A stretch of DNA of 64,000 bases from positions 79,781 to 143,780 of the forward strand of contig JAHYIR010000004.1 in the NCBI GenBank assembly GCA_019429305.1, given 5' to 3'. Positions 10,267 through 18,914 of this stretch are shown here, piece by piece. Numbering within the stretch: the stretch's first letter is position 1; each line of letters starts with the position of its first letter. A program made the translations under genes and the position numbers. This DNA is from Candidatus Cloacimonadota bacterium (GTDB taxonomy: Bacteria > Cloacimonadota > Cloacimonadia > Cloacimonadales > JAJBBL01). The notes below the pieces were generated by a model. It saw only the letters and a program-made list of their open reading frames with translations. It was not told where the DNA came from and searched no databases.

Positions 10267-12343
10267 CTTGATCCTCTTTCTTAGCTCTCTTCTTTTCTTC
10301 AGGATTTTTGTTAGCTACTTTTTTGGTTGTCTTATTCTCAGTTGCAGTATTATTCTCTTTCTTAGTCCTACTTTTTTTGGGAGCAGCTTTCTTTTCCTTC
10401 TCCGGCGGTGTTTTAAGATGAGAAGAGGAATCTATTTTGATCTCTTTAGCTTTTTCGTATTGTTCGTTTACAAATTCTTTATCTGAGTCCGGAACTTGGG
10501 CAAGAATAAGGTCATAGATGTCATCGACATTGAGGATTTCCTTTTCTAATAACTCTTCAGCCATAACCTTGAGTAGTTCTTTCTTATCTTTAAGTATACT
10601 GAGAGATCTATTATGAGCATCATGAATCAGTTGCCGTATCTCAGCATCAACCAATCTGGCTGTCTCTTCACTATAAAAGTCACGTTGCTGAATATTTCTT
10701 CCTAAGAAGGGATTTTCTTCATCTTTTCCTACAGTCATTGGTCCGACTTTTTCACTCATACCCCATTGACAAACCATCTTTTTAGCCAGATCGGTAGCTC
10801 TTTCAATGTCCATGCCAGCACCAGTTGAAAGTTCATTGAATATCAATTCTTCTGCTGATCTGCCACCTAAGAGTTCTATCAGTTTCTGCTGCAGATAACT
10901 TTTCGAATAATTAGATTTTTCTGTCTGTAGGAAGTGAGTAGCTCCACCGGTAAAACCACGCGGAATAATAGTAACTTTATGAACCGGTTCTGTTTTATCG
11001 AGGAAGATGGAGCAGAGAACGTGTCCAATCTCATGATAGGCAGTGATCTTCTTCTCTTCTTCACTGATAGCTTTGCTCTTGCGCTCTTTACCCATAGTGA
11101 CTTTATCTTTTGCCTCTTCAAAGTCGTCCATTTCAATATGTTTTTTCTCTTTTCGGGCTGCAAGCAGAGCAGCTTCATTGACCAGATTTGCCAGATCTGC
11201 ACCACTGAAACCAGGTGTAGAGCGAGCAATAACAGATAGGTTAACGTTTGGTGAGAGGGGTAATACCTTGCAATGAACCTTTAGTATCTCAATTCTACCG
11301 TTTATATCGGGCATATCAACAATGACCTGCCGGTCAAATCTTCCGGGTCGCAAGAGAGCCGGATCTAAGACATCAGGGCGGTTTGTTGCAGCAATAATGA
11401 TCACAGAATCATTCTTTTCGAAACCATCCATTTCAACCAGAAGCTGATTCAGTGTCTGTTCTCTTTCATCATGTCCACCACCCAAACCGGTACCACGATG
11501 CCTTCCTACAGCATCAATCTCGTCAATAAAGGCGATACAAGGAGCTGAACGTTTTGCCTGATCAAAGAGATCTCTAACACGGGAAGCTCCAACACCGACA
11601 AACATCTCCACAAAATCAGAACCACTGATACTATAGAAGGGAACTCCCGCCTCTCCTGCTACTGCTTTTGCTAACAGGGTCTTACCTGTTCCGGGTCTTC
11701 CTAATAACAGAACACCACGGGGGATTCTACCACCCAGTCTCTGAAACTTGCTCGGTGCTTTGAGAAAATCTACGATCTCTTCCAACTCTTCCTTTGCTTC
11801 TTGCACACCGGCAACATCTTTGAAAGTAACGTTAGTTCTGCCACCTACAAAGAGCCGAGCCCGACTTTTTCCAAAACTGAAGACCTTGCCACCACCTGCT
11901 TGCATAGAACGCATAATAAATATCCAGAGACCAATAAAAATCAGAAACGGTAACCAACCCAACAAGACAGAGAGAAATCTGGATGGTTTCTGTGATTTGA
12001 TCGTTATATTCATCTCATTAAGGGTTTTAACCAATTCCGGGTCACGATAGGGGAGATGCGTTGTATAACTCTGGTTTTCTACATCTACTGCAGTAATGTT
12101 CTGATCGTCGAAAGTGACTTCCCTCAACTGCCCTTGCTCTGCTTTTGTCATAAATTCGGAAAAAGATATCTCTTCTACTCTTCTGCCGCTTGAGACCAGA
12201 ACTTGGTAAACCAATATTACTAACAAAGCTAAAATAATCCAGAGTGTTATTGACTGAGGAGTTTTCATCTTGGAAGGTTGTTTGTCGTTTTTCTTTCCTT
12301 CGCCTCTTTTATCAGGATATCTATCTTTCTGTTGATCGTTCAT
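10253..12343 (-). CDS. ftsH: ATP-dependent zinc metalloprotease FtsH (with Lys-rich C-terminal tail)
   Basis: It has two N-terminal TM segments, Walker [14 protein letters not shown], the SRH motif and the zinc motif HEIGH. Confidence 0.95.
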   Translation of the reverse strand: MNDQQKDRYPDKRGEGKKNDKQPSKMKTPQSITLWIILALLVILVYQVLVSSGRRVEEISFSEFMTKAEQGQLREVTFDDQNITAVDVENQSYTTHLPYRDPELVKTLNEMNITIKSQKPSRFLSVLLGWLPFLIFIGLWIFIMRSMQAGGGKVFSFGKSRARLFVGGRTNVTFKDVAGVQEAKEELEEIVDFLKAPSKFQRLGGRIPRGVLLLGRPGTGKTLLAKAVAGEAGVPFYSISGSDFVEMFVGVGASRVRDLFDQAKRSAPCIAFIDEIDAVGRHRGTGLGGGHDEREQTLNQLLVEMDGFEKNDSVIIIAATNRPDVLDPALLRPGRFDRQVIVDMPDINGRIEILKVHCKVLPLSPNVNLSVIARSTPGFSGADLANLVNEAALLAARKEKKHIEMDDFEEAKDKVTMGKERKSKAISEEEKKITAYHEIGHVLCSIFLDKTEPVHKVTIIPRGFTGGATHFLQTEKSNYSKSYLQQKLIELLGGRSAEELIFNELSTGAGMDIERATDLAKKMVCQWGMSEKVGPMTVGKDEENPFLGRNIQQRDFYSEETARLVDAEIRQLIHDAHNRSLSILKDKKELLKVMAEELLEKEILNVDDIYDLILAQVPDSDKEFVNEQYEKAKEIKIDSSSHLKTPPEKEKKAAPKKSRTKKENNTATENKTTKKVANKNPEEKKRAKKEDQDGEN

Positions 12344-12882
12344 TTATATACTTCCTCCTTGAGGATTGCCACGTAGGGCAGATTGCGGTATTTTTCGGCA
12401 AAGTCCAAACCATAACCGACCACAAAATCGTTTCCTATATCAAAACCTTTATAATCGATTTTTATTTCATCTTGATGAGCAGAAGGTTTATCAAGCAATA
12501 CACAGGTTTTGACAGAGGAAGCATGATGCTTTTCGATATAATCAACAATATATTTCAATGAGAGTCCTGAATCGACAATATCTTCCACAATGATCACATC
12601 TCGTTCGGAGACATCTATATCGAGGTCTTTTTTAATGCTTACAACTCCGGAAGAAACGGTACTCGAACCATAACTTGAAATAGCCAAAAAATCTATTTCT
12701 ACAGGAATAGTAAAACTACGAACGAGATCTGCTAAAAAGATAAAACTTCCCTTAAGAACACTGATTATGACAGGGCTCTTATCTTCATAATCTTTTGAGA
12801 TACAGGCAGCCAGTTCGCTGATCCTTTTTTGAATCGTCTCTTCATCCAGTAATATTGCTGAAATATCGTTACTCATTTTCAC
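12340..12882 (-). CDS. hpt: hypoxanthine phosphoribosyltransferase
   Basis: The PRPP-binding motif VIIVEDIVDSGLSL is present. The protein is 180 aa and sits in the conserved tilS-hpt-ftsH order. Confidence 0.9.
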   Translation of the reverse strand: MKMSNDISAILLDEETIQKRISELAACISKDYEDKSPVIISVLKGSFIFLADLVRSFTIPVEIDFLAISSYGSSTVSSGVVSIKKDLDIDVSERDVIIVEDIVDSGLSLKYIVDYIEKHHASSVKTCVLLDKPSAHQDEIKIDYKGFDIGNDFVVGYGLDFAEKYRNLPYVAILKEEVYK

Positions 12883-12891
12883 ATCCTTATG

Positions 12892-14334
12892 TTATTTTTT
12901 CTTTTTTGGTACGTTCTTCCTGCTTCTGATACGGATATTTTCCATCTTTAGCAGTAATAGACTCTGAGTTGAGTCATTAATCTTAACACGGTCGTCTATT
13001 CTTAATCCGGCTATCCAGACAATTTTTTCACTGTCTCGAAAGATTAATACCTTATCTCTTTCAAATTTACTGATCTTTTCGTCAATGAAAAAGTCTTTTA
13101 GCTTCTTGGTTCCTTTCATACCCATTGGGATAAACTTGTCTCCATTCTTTCGGAAACCTACACTAATAGGTAAAGTTAGCTTATCAATATCTAATAAAGC
13201 TATATTATCATCTTCGTAGTAAGTTCGTTTTATATCACTGCGGTTGATTCTCTTACTCAGAATTCTCTTATTACCAAAGACATGGTACTTCTTCGAAATA
13301 TCAATTGTCAATGATAATGTTTCTTCCACTCTCATTAATTTATCCGGTTTTTCTTCATTTACGAAGGTGAGTTGATCATATTCCTTTCTGACGGTCAAAT
13401 TACCAGTGAGGTGAATCATTTTCGATCCTTTTGCTGAAAGAATCGAGCAGATCTCCTTAAAATGACTATGATAAAAATTGGTTTCGCTGCCGCTTATTAT
13501 ACCGATTGCTTCTCTAAAGAGGTAGAATAGGATAATCGTATTTTTGTGCTCGATCTTTGTCAGATCAAGACGTAACTCAAAGTAATTATGATTGAGAATA
13601 GCTTTCTTCAAGATCTTTCCAGCTACATCCCTCAGATAATCATCAGTCTCTCTAAAAATTAACGAATTGTCGTAAAGAATATCGGTTAACTTGTGATTGA
13701 TGTTCTCTTCCAGCCACGGAACCATATTATTACGCAGCTTGTTACGAGTGTAAACAGTTTCGATATTTGAACTATCCTGACACCAGTTAGTGATCTTTTG
13801 CGATTCGAGATATCCGATAATCTCTTCTCTCTTGAAACAGAGCAAAGGACGGATAATATTATCATTAGAGGGGACAATTCCTCTCATACCAGTTATTCCT
13901 GATCCTCGGAAAAGATGCAATAGCATTGTCTCAATAACATCATTTTTATTGTGTCCTATAGCTATCTTATCAACTTTATAGATTTTAGTGAGTGAGTTGA
14001 AAAAATCGAAGCGGATCTTGCGAGCTTCATTTTCCAGATTTGCTCCCTGTGTCAGTTTGACATCCTTGATCACCAATGAGATATTATGTTGGAAACAAAA
14101 CTCCTTCACGAAATTCATATCGGAAATAGATTCAGCTCCTCGTAAATTATAGTTCACATGGGCTGCTAATAGATTAAGATGATAGTTAACCTTCAAAGTC
14201 ATTAGAGAATGTATCAGAGCAGTAGAATCTGCTCCACCTGAAAAGGCGATTAAGATCTTATCTCCTCTCTTGATCAGCTTGTTTTCCTTAATAAACTCTT
14301 TCATTCTGTTAAGGAACTGACTTCCCAAATCCAT
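12892..14334 (-). CDS. tilS: tRNA(Ile)-lysidine synthase
   Basis: The PP-loop motif AFSGGADSTAL is present, and the gene lies directly upstream of hpt-ftsH. Confidence 0.9.
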   Translation of the reverse strand: MDLGSQFLNRMKEFIKENKLIKRGDKILIAFSGGADSTALIHSLMTLKVNYHLNLLAAHVNYNLRGAESISDMNFVKEFCFQHNISLVIKDVKLTQGANLENEARKIRFDFFNSLTKIYKVDKIAIGHNKNDVIETMLLHLFRGSGITGMRGIVPSNDNIIRPLLCFKREEIIGYLESQKITNWCQDSSNIETVYTRNKLRNNMVPWLEENINHKLTDILYDNSLIFRETDDYLRDVAGKILKKAILNHNYFELRLDLTKIEHKNTIILFYLFREAIGIISGSETNFYHSHFKEICSILSAKGSKMIHLTGNLTVRKEYDQLTFVNEEKPDKLMRVEETLSLTIDISKKYHVFGNKRILSKRINRSDIKRTYYEDDNIALLDIDKLTLPISVGFRKNGDKFIPMGMKGTKKLKDFFIDEKISKFERDKVLIFRDSEKIVWIAGLRIDDRVKINDSTQSLLLLKMENIRIRSRKNVPKKKK

Positions 14335-14598
14335 CTACTAACTCCGTCTAATTTCTTGTATTTTAAGCTCCTGAAATCTCTCTTAAACTGTAAAGGTTTT
14401 TTTATATGTAGTACTTATGATAACTATAAATCTTTAGATTTAACCAGCATAAACTCATAAATATCTGAAAGTTAGCGAACAATAATGTATAGGTGCTGAT
14501 GCTTTTTGTTCCGTTTATTGTTTTTATTGATTGTTTAACGGGTTGCTTTTCAAAAAAAGATTTACAAAAAACGAGCTCTTTTTTTCCTGTTCAGAAAC

Positions 14599-14692
14599 GG
14601 AGATGTGTCCGAGCTGGCTGAAGGAGCACGATTGGAAATCGTGTATACGTTTAAAAAGCGTATCTAGGGTTCGAATCCCTACATCTCCGCCA
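14599..14692 (+). tRNA. tRNA-Ser (anticodon GGA), class II with long variable arm, CCA encoded
   Basis: The cloverleaf reads directly: acceptor GGAGATG/CATCTCC, anticodon stem CACGA/TCGTG with loop TTGGAAA, long variable arm TATACGTTTAAAAAGCGTATC, T arm TAGGG-TTCGAAT-CCCTA, and discriminator G + CCA. Confidence 0.9.
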
Positions 14693-14794
14693 TTTCTTCA
14701 TAAGAGGGATGAGAACCGTTTGACCACGAAGTCATTACCACAGGTATTGATGTAGTAGCGACGAGCAATGCAGCTTTGCTGCCATTGCGCAGTC

Positions 14795-14809
14795 AATCCC
14801 TACATCTCC
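14795..14809 (+). repeat. direct repeat of the tRNA-Ser 3' end (att-like)
   Basis: 'aatccctacatctcc' repeats tRNA bases 14674-14688 exactly. With flanks the match is gtcaatccctacatctcc versus ttcgaatccctacatctcc. Confidence 0.7.
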
Positions 14810-14818
14810 TGAGTATTT

Positions 14819-14860
14819 TATCCACGAATGAACACGAATAAAACATAAATCAACACTAAC
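14819..14860 (+). repeat. repeat module G
   Basis: 'tatccacgaatgaacacgaataaaacataaatcaacactaac' has related copies at 38206, 59765 and 61804 (atccac[tg][ga]at..acac.gat.a.aaa). Confidence 0.6.
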
Positions 14861-14872
14861 TTTTTAAACAAT

Positions 14873-15004
14873 TGTCACCCTGAGTGACCCTTCACCAAAT
14901 TTGTAAGCACAACTGACTTCGTCGAGCTCGGAAGCAGCCACAAAGAAGTGTTTTCTTCGGTTCTTGTAGCTATAAGATTTGGTGAAGGATTGTATCGAAG
15001 GGGA
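14873..15004 (+). repeat. repeat module B carrying a nested module C (14915-14963)
   Basis: The B frame 'tgtcaccctgagtga ... ttgtatcgaagggga' encloses inner stem ccttcaccaaat/atttggtgaagg. The loop contains 'gacttcgtcgagctcggaagcagccacaaagaagtgttttcttcggttc', which is module C. Confidence 0.75.
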
Positions 15005-15045
15005 CGAAAATCTAAAACAGAGTCAGTGAATATAATCCTTGTTTT

Positions 15046-15079
15046 TGTCATGTCGAGCGAGGTCGAGACATCTCATCAC
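15046..15079 (+). repeat. repeat module A'
   Basis: 'tgtcatgtcgagcgaggtcgagacatctcatcac' has ATGTC/GACAT pairing. An inverted variant lies at 29249-29282. Confidence 0.6.
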
Positions 15080-15123
15080 TAATGTTGGTATAGCAAGCAT
15101 GCATTTATGTTTATTGTAAGTCT

Positions 15124-15187
15124 GTGATGAGATCTCTCCATTCCAAACGACTCACTACCGTGATTCTTTCTCCAGTCGAGATGACAA
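15124..15187 (-). repeat. repeat module A (long form, inverted)
   Basis: The reverse complement is 'tgtcatctcgactggagaaagaatcacggtagtgagtcgtttggaatggagagatctcatcac'. About 105 bp, including 40 bp upstream (15083-15187), matches 33853-33957. Confidence 0.8.
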
Positions 15188-15251
15188 AGGAAAGGTCTTC
15201 ACTCAGGATGACATTAAGTCAGGCAACTATTCTGTTCAAGGTATCAGTAAT

Positions 15252-15311
15252 CTACCTTCTAGGGAGTCCTATAGTCGGCACCCAACCGACTATAGGGTTC
15301 CCTAAGGGTAG
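15252..15311. repeat. long hairpin repeat module I
   Basis: A perfect 11-bp inner stem cctatagtcgg/ccgactatagg (loop cacccaa) sits inside an imperfect outer stem ctaccttctaggg/ccctaagggtag. A related copy lies at 39934-39994. Confidence 0.7.
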
Positions 15312-15392
15312 AGAAGAGTTAAATTGTTATTAATAGGTAAAATAAGCTGACAAGTTTCAGATTCCGGAAGAATATAACTGGAACAAGATATG

Positions 15393-17750
15393 TTATCTTT
15401 TAGTCATAAATCCGACTTCATTAACCAGGATATGTCCTTTGGGTGTTATATCAAAGACCAATTCGATTATTGAGACACGCCTGAGATCAAAGTCAGGGTT
15501 CAGAGCATGCTGTTCTGCTAAATTAAAAACAAACAGCTGCTTAATGCTCTCGCCGTAAGGAGTAGGGTGGATCAGGTCGAGCTTTCCGAGTTTAGCTTCT
15601 ATCATCGGTTGTAGCGGAGAAAAATCACTGAGCGGGAAAGAGATTATATTATTACGATGATCGGTCAATCTGATAGTGAAATCGATCAATTTGGGCTCTT
15701 CAGCTTCTGAATCCTCATCATCTTCTTCCTTTGGGGTCTGATCTATGTTATTAGAATCATGGTCGTTATCATTCTGGTTATCTTCTTCATTGTTTTCGAT
15801 ATCATTCTTCTCCTTGGCGGTGGGTTGATTACCAGTATCGGCAAGAGTTAAATAGAGAAACTGTTGTGAGTTATAATAAGAGGGGAGTTCGATGTTGTAG
15901 GAGGCGATGAGGGTATCTTCTTCAGCGTTCCAACCGAGATAAACGGCTTTAGAGTCCATGCTATAACCCTTGAGACGGATCCGTCTTTCATACCAATCAG
16001 TAAGATTATCCCCTCTGATGGTTCCATCGGCGATAGTAGTTGTAGTCAGATCGAGATCCTCGTCGAAGTTAGCGATTGGGTACATACCTGCTCTCTTGTA
16101 TTGTTGCAGATAAATAGTTTCGGGTAACCAAGCTTGCGGAGCAGAGCGGTAATCGAGGAAGAGTTCTTCATATTCGGGAGCAAACATCAAAGTTCTTTCC
16201 AGAAAGGCAGTCATAAAGACCTTACCGATCCTCCGCTGATCTTCTCCACTGATCAGTTGTCCTAGGTTATAGTGATTGATATGCGGAGATGAGCTGTCTT
16301 TTCTACCCCAGACTGTGTTGAACTGACCATGATTAGCCCCATAAATGTAAAGAGTAGCTGCAAATCCTTCGAAATCGGGTGAAAAAGTGATCCGTTCAAA
16401 CTGTCTTTGTCCGGAAAATGAAGTCACATCTGCATCATGAGAGCCGTGCAGAGCAAGATAATTGATGTCTCTGAGCGGAGTTCTGACGACAGATGGTTGA
16501 TATTGGGCATCACAGGGGGCTATAGCAATTAAGGAAACGATAGAAAAATTATAATCGAATGCCAGAGATGCATCATCGGGGTAATAGGGGAGAGTGTTAA
16601 AGAGAGCAGCGTGAGCAATAGCTTCGCCTCCGCGGGAATGACCTATCAAGGCAATGTAGTCTAAATCAACCCGACGATAGAAAGGATTATCCGGTTTCTC
16701 TTCCCATTCCTTCCACTGTCTGATATGTTCCAGAAGCAACCAGCCTCGAGCATCGTTTTCATCGCTAAGACCACCAAAGATATCTGTAATAGAGCCGTTT
16801 ATGAAGTTCTGATCGACAGAAACTGTGATCATACCGCGACTTGCCCACAATTCGCCTAGATAAGCATAACCGGGATCTGAGTATTCCTGAGCCAAATGAT
16901 TACCGTGAACTATCAAGATCAAGGGAAAAGGTCCAACTCCATCAGGATACCAAACCCTACCATTGAGAGGTAATTCTTTGGCATCAAACCCAAAATATTT
17001 TGTGCGGAGATTACCGCTGAATCCCTTCCAGCTCGAAAGCATTTTTGAGCCGTCAACAGGTTGAGTTATCAATTCTGTATTTTCTCCAAATTCAGGGCGG
17101 TGCAGGTCTTTTCCACTCCCATAAGTCGTATAAACTACAGGGTAGTGACCATATTCCGCAGGATTGGGTAGTTCAATAAGAGCTGGTCGGTAATCGGTCT
17201 CTAAAGAAGCAATAAGCGGCATTTCGACTTCTCTGCCGGGATGAATGAGCCAATAAGCCCAAGCGATTATTGCTGCTAATCCGATCACAAGAAGCAGGTA
17301 ATTAGCTATCCGATGGATAGTCTTCTTTCCAGCTTTTTTTTGTTTGATGATGATGTAGAGAGATATGCCAACCAAAGAAACAGAGGTAGCCAAATAGAGA
17401 AAAGTAAGTAACATCACCCCTGTATTGACAGAGAAGAGAAAGAGAGTGAAAATCAGCAGAGCTACCAGAGTAGTCCGGAAAAACTCCGGGATCTTGATGA
17501 GCAAAGAGATGATCAGATTAAAGAGCAATCCCGATAGTAGAGAGATCAGAAAGATCGTTATTATGAATGCTGCTGTAAAGAGTAAGCCGATGGGCTTAAA
17601 ATATGGTGTTGCAACAACTATTATCACCAGAGCAATGAAGATAAAAATCAGTTTGGAAGCCCATTTTAAAGAGGGTAGTGAAGGGGTTAGAAATGATAGC
17701 ACCTTGAGAATAAAGGTAAACAGAGCATAAAAGATCTTTTTAAACAACAT
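15393..17750 (-). CDS. polytopic membrane-anchored alpha/beta-fold hydrolase (function unknown)
   Basis: Roughly 170 N-terminal residues form hydrophobic helices. The hydrolase core has LILIVHGNH and the nucleophile elbow GHSRGG. An acidic low-complexity linker (NNEEDNQNDNDHDSNN..EEDDEDSEAEE) precedes a C-terminal domain. Confidence 0.6.
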   Translation of the reverse strand: MLFKKIFYALFTFILKVLSFLTPSLPSLKWASKLIFIFIALVIIVVATPYFKPIGLLFTAAFIITIFLISLLSGLLFNLIISLLIKIPEFFRTTLVALLIFTLFLFSVNTGVMLLTFLYLATSVSLVGISLYIIIKQKKAGKKTIHRIANYLLLVIGLAAIIAWAYWLIHPGREVEMPLIASLETDYRPALIELPNPAEYGHYPVVYTTYGSGKDLHRPEFGENTELITQPVDGSKMLSSWKGFSGNLRTKYFGFDAKELPLNGRVWYPDGVGPFPLILIVHGNHLAQEYSDPGYAYLGELWASRGMITVSVDQNFINGSITDIFGGLSDENDARGWLLLEHIRQWKEWEEKPDNPFYRRVDLDYIALIGHSRGGEAIAHAALFNTLPYYPDDASLAFDYNFSIVSLIAIAPCDAQYQPSVVRTPLRDINYLALHGSHDADVTSFSGQRQFERITFSPDFEGFAATLYIYGANHGQFNTVWGRKDSSSPHINHYNLGQLISGEDQRRIGKVFMTAFLERTLMFAPEYEELFLDYRSAPQAWLPETIYLQQYKRAGMYPIANFDEDLDLTTTTIADGTIRGDNLTDWYERRIRLKGYSMDSKAVYLGWNAEEDTLIASYNIELPSYYNSQQFLYLTLADTGNQPTAKEKNDIENNEEDNQNDNDHDSNNIDQTPKEEDDEDSEAEEPKLIDFTIRLTDHRNNIISFPLSDFSPLQPMIEAKLGKLDLIHPTPYGESIKQLFVFNLAEQHALNPDFDLRRVSIIELVFDITPKGHILVNEVGFMTKR

Positions 17751-17955
17751 AGTAACTCCTTTTATCCTATAGTAACCTTTTAGAATTAGTGCTTAAATGA
17801 ATCAAGAGAAAAAATTTAGATTCCGAGATATTGCCAATAATCAGTTAGAGAATAACATCATAAAGATTAAAAGCTTGACGTTTAGGAGAAAAGAACTTAT
17901 AATATCTATATATGTGTAAACTAACAAGTTATAGCAATATCCCGGAGGAAACTGT

Positions 17956-18906
17956 ATGAAATCAAGGAGATATATCAAGAAATTTATTACACCTATCCTA
18001 CTGGTTTTAGTAGCTTTTATGATCAGATATCTGATAGAGATGCAATATCTTTTTCCGGAGAGTATGCTAAATATATTGGCGAAATTAAGTTCTGTTCTTT
18101 TCATAGCAGGTATTGCCTGGGCGATAAATGTTTTTGTTAATATAGCCAAAATAAATCTTCTCAGTAAGTACGATATAGGAGAAGCAGACAATCTTAGGGC
18201 TCGTAAACTCTATACCCAATACAATATATTAGAAAAAATCATCTTCTTTATTGTTATTCTTATTGCGGTCGGGACTATCCTAATGCTTTTTGACGGTGTA
18301 AGAAATATCGGGGTCAGTCTCTTTGCTTCTGCCGGTATTGCAGGTTTGATCATAGGTTTGGCAGCTCAAAAGGCGTTAGGAACTATTTTAGCCGGCTTAC
18401 AAATAGCGATCACGCAGCCGATCAGATTAGATGATGTAGTAATTGTGGAAAATGAATGGGGCTGGATAGAAGAGATAAATCTGACCTATGTTGTAGTCAG
18501 GATATGGGACAAACGGCGATTAATTGTACCATCAACCTACTTTATGGAAAAAACCTTTCAGAATTGGACAAGAACCACTGCGGAAATTCTTGGTACTGTC
18601 TTTATCTATACTGATTATACTATCCCCTTTGATTCCATAAGGAACGAATTAACGAAACTTTTAGAAGGGAATCCTAATTGGGACGGTAAAGTAAATGTCT
18701 TGCAGGTAACCAATGCGAAAGAGGATGTAATTGAACTGAGAGCATTGATGAGTGCTGATAGTTCTCCTAAAGCCTGGGATCTGCGTGTCTATGTGCGTGA
18801 AAAACTTATTGAATATATCCAGAGAGAACATCCTCAGTGTCTCCCCAGAACGAGAATAGTTATTGAAGAAAAGAAGTCGCAAACTGACTCTGTGACAAAA
18901 AGTTAA
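17956..18906 (+). CDS. mechanosensitive ion channel, MscS family
   Basis: A GGAGG RBS precedes the ATG. TM helices are followed by the MscS signature GLIIGLAAQKALGTILAGLQIAITQPIRLDDVV..EIN.TYVVVRIWDKRRLIVP. Confidence 0.85.
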   Translation: MKSRRYIKKFITPILLVLVAFMIRYLIEMQYLFPESMLNILAKLSSVLFIAGIAWAINVFVNIAKINLLSKYDIGEADNLRARKLYTQYNILEKIIFFIVILIAVGTILMLFDGVRNIGVSLFASAGIAGLIIGLAAQKALGTILAGLQIAITQPIRLDDVVIVENEWGWIEEINLTYVVVRIWDKRRLIVPSTYFMEKTFQNWTRTTAEILGTVFIYTDYTIPFDSIRNELTKLLEGNPNWDGKVNVLQVTNAKEDVIELRALMSADSSPKAWDLRVYVREKLIEYIQREHPQCLPRTRIVIEEKKSQTDSVTKS

Positions 18907-18914
18907 GGGGGATC

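Noticed and set aside
14531-14755. Track ORF of 74 aa.
   Set aside because: It is superimposed on tRNA-Ser (14599-14692) on the same strand.
14693-15392. A genomic island or prophage integrated at tRNA-Ser.
   Set aside because: An att-like direct repeat exists, but it encloses only about 105 bp. There is no integrase or phage gene nearby, and the following 600 bp are repeat modules. At most this is a scar.
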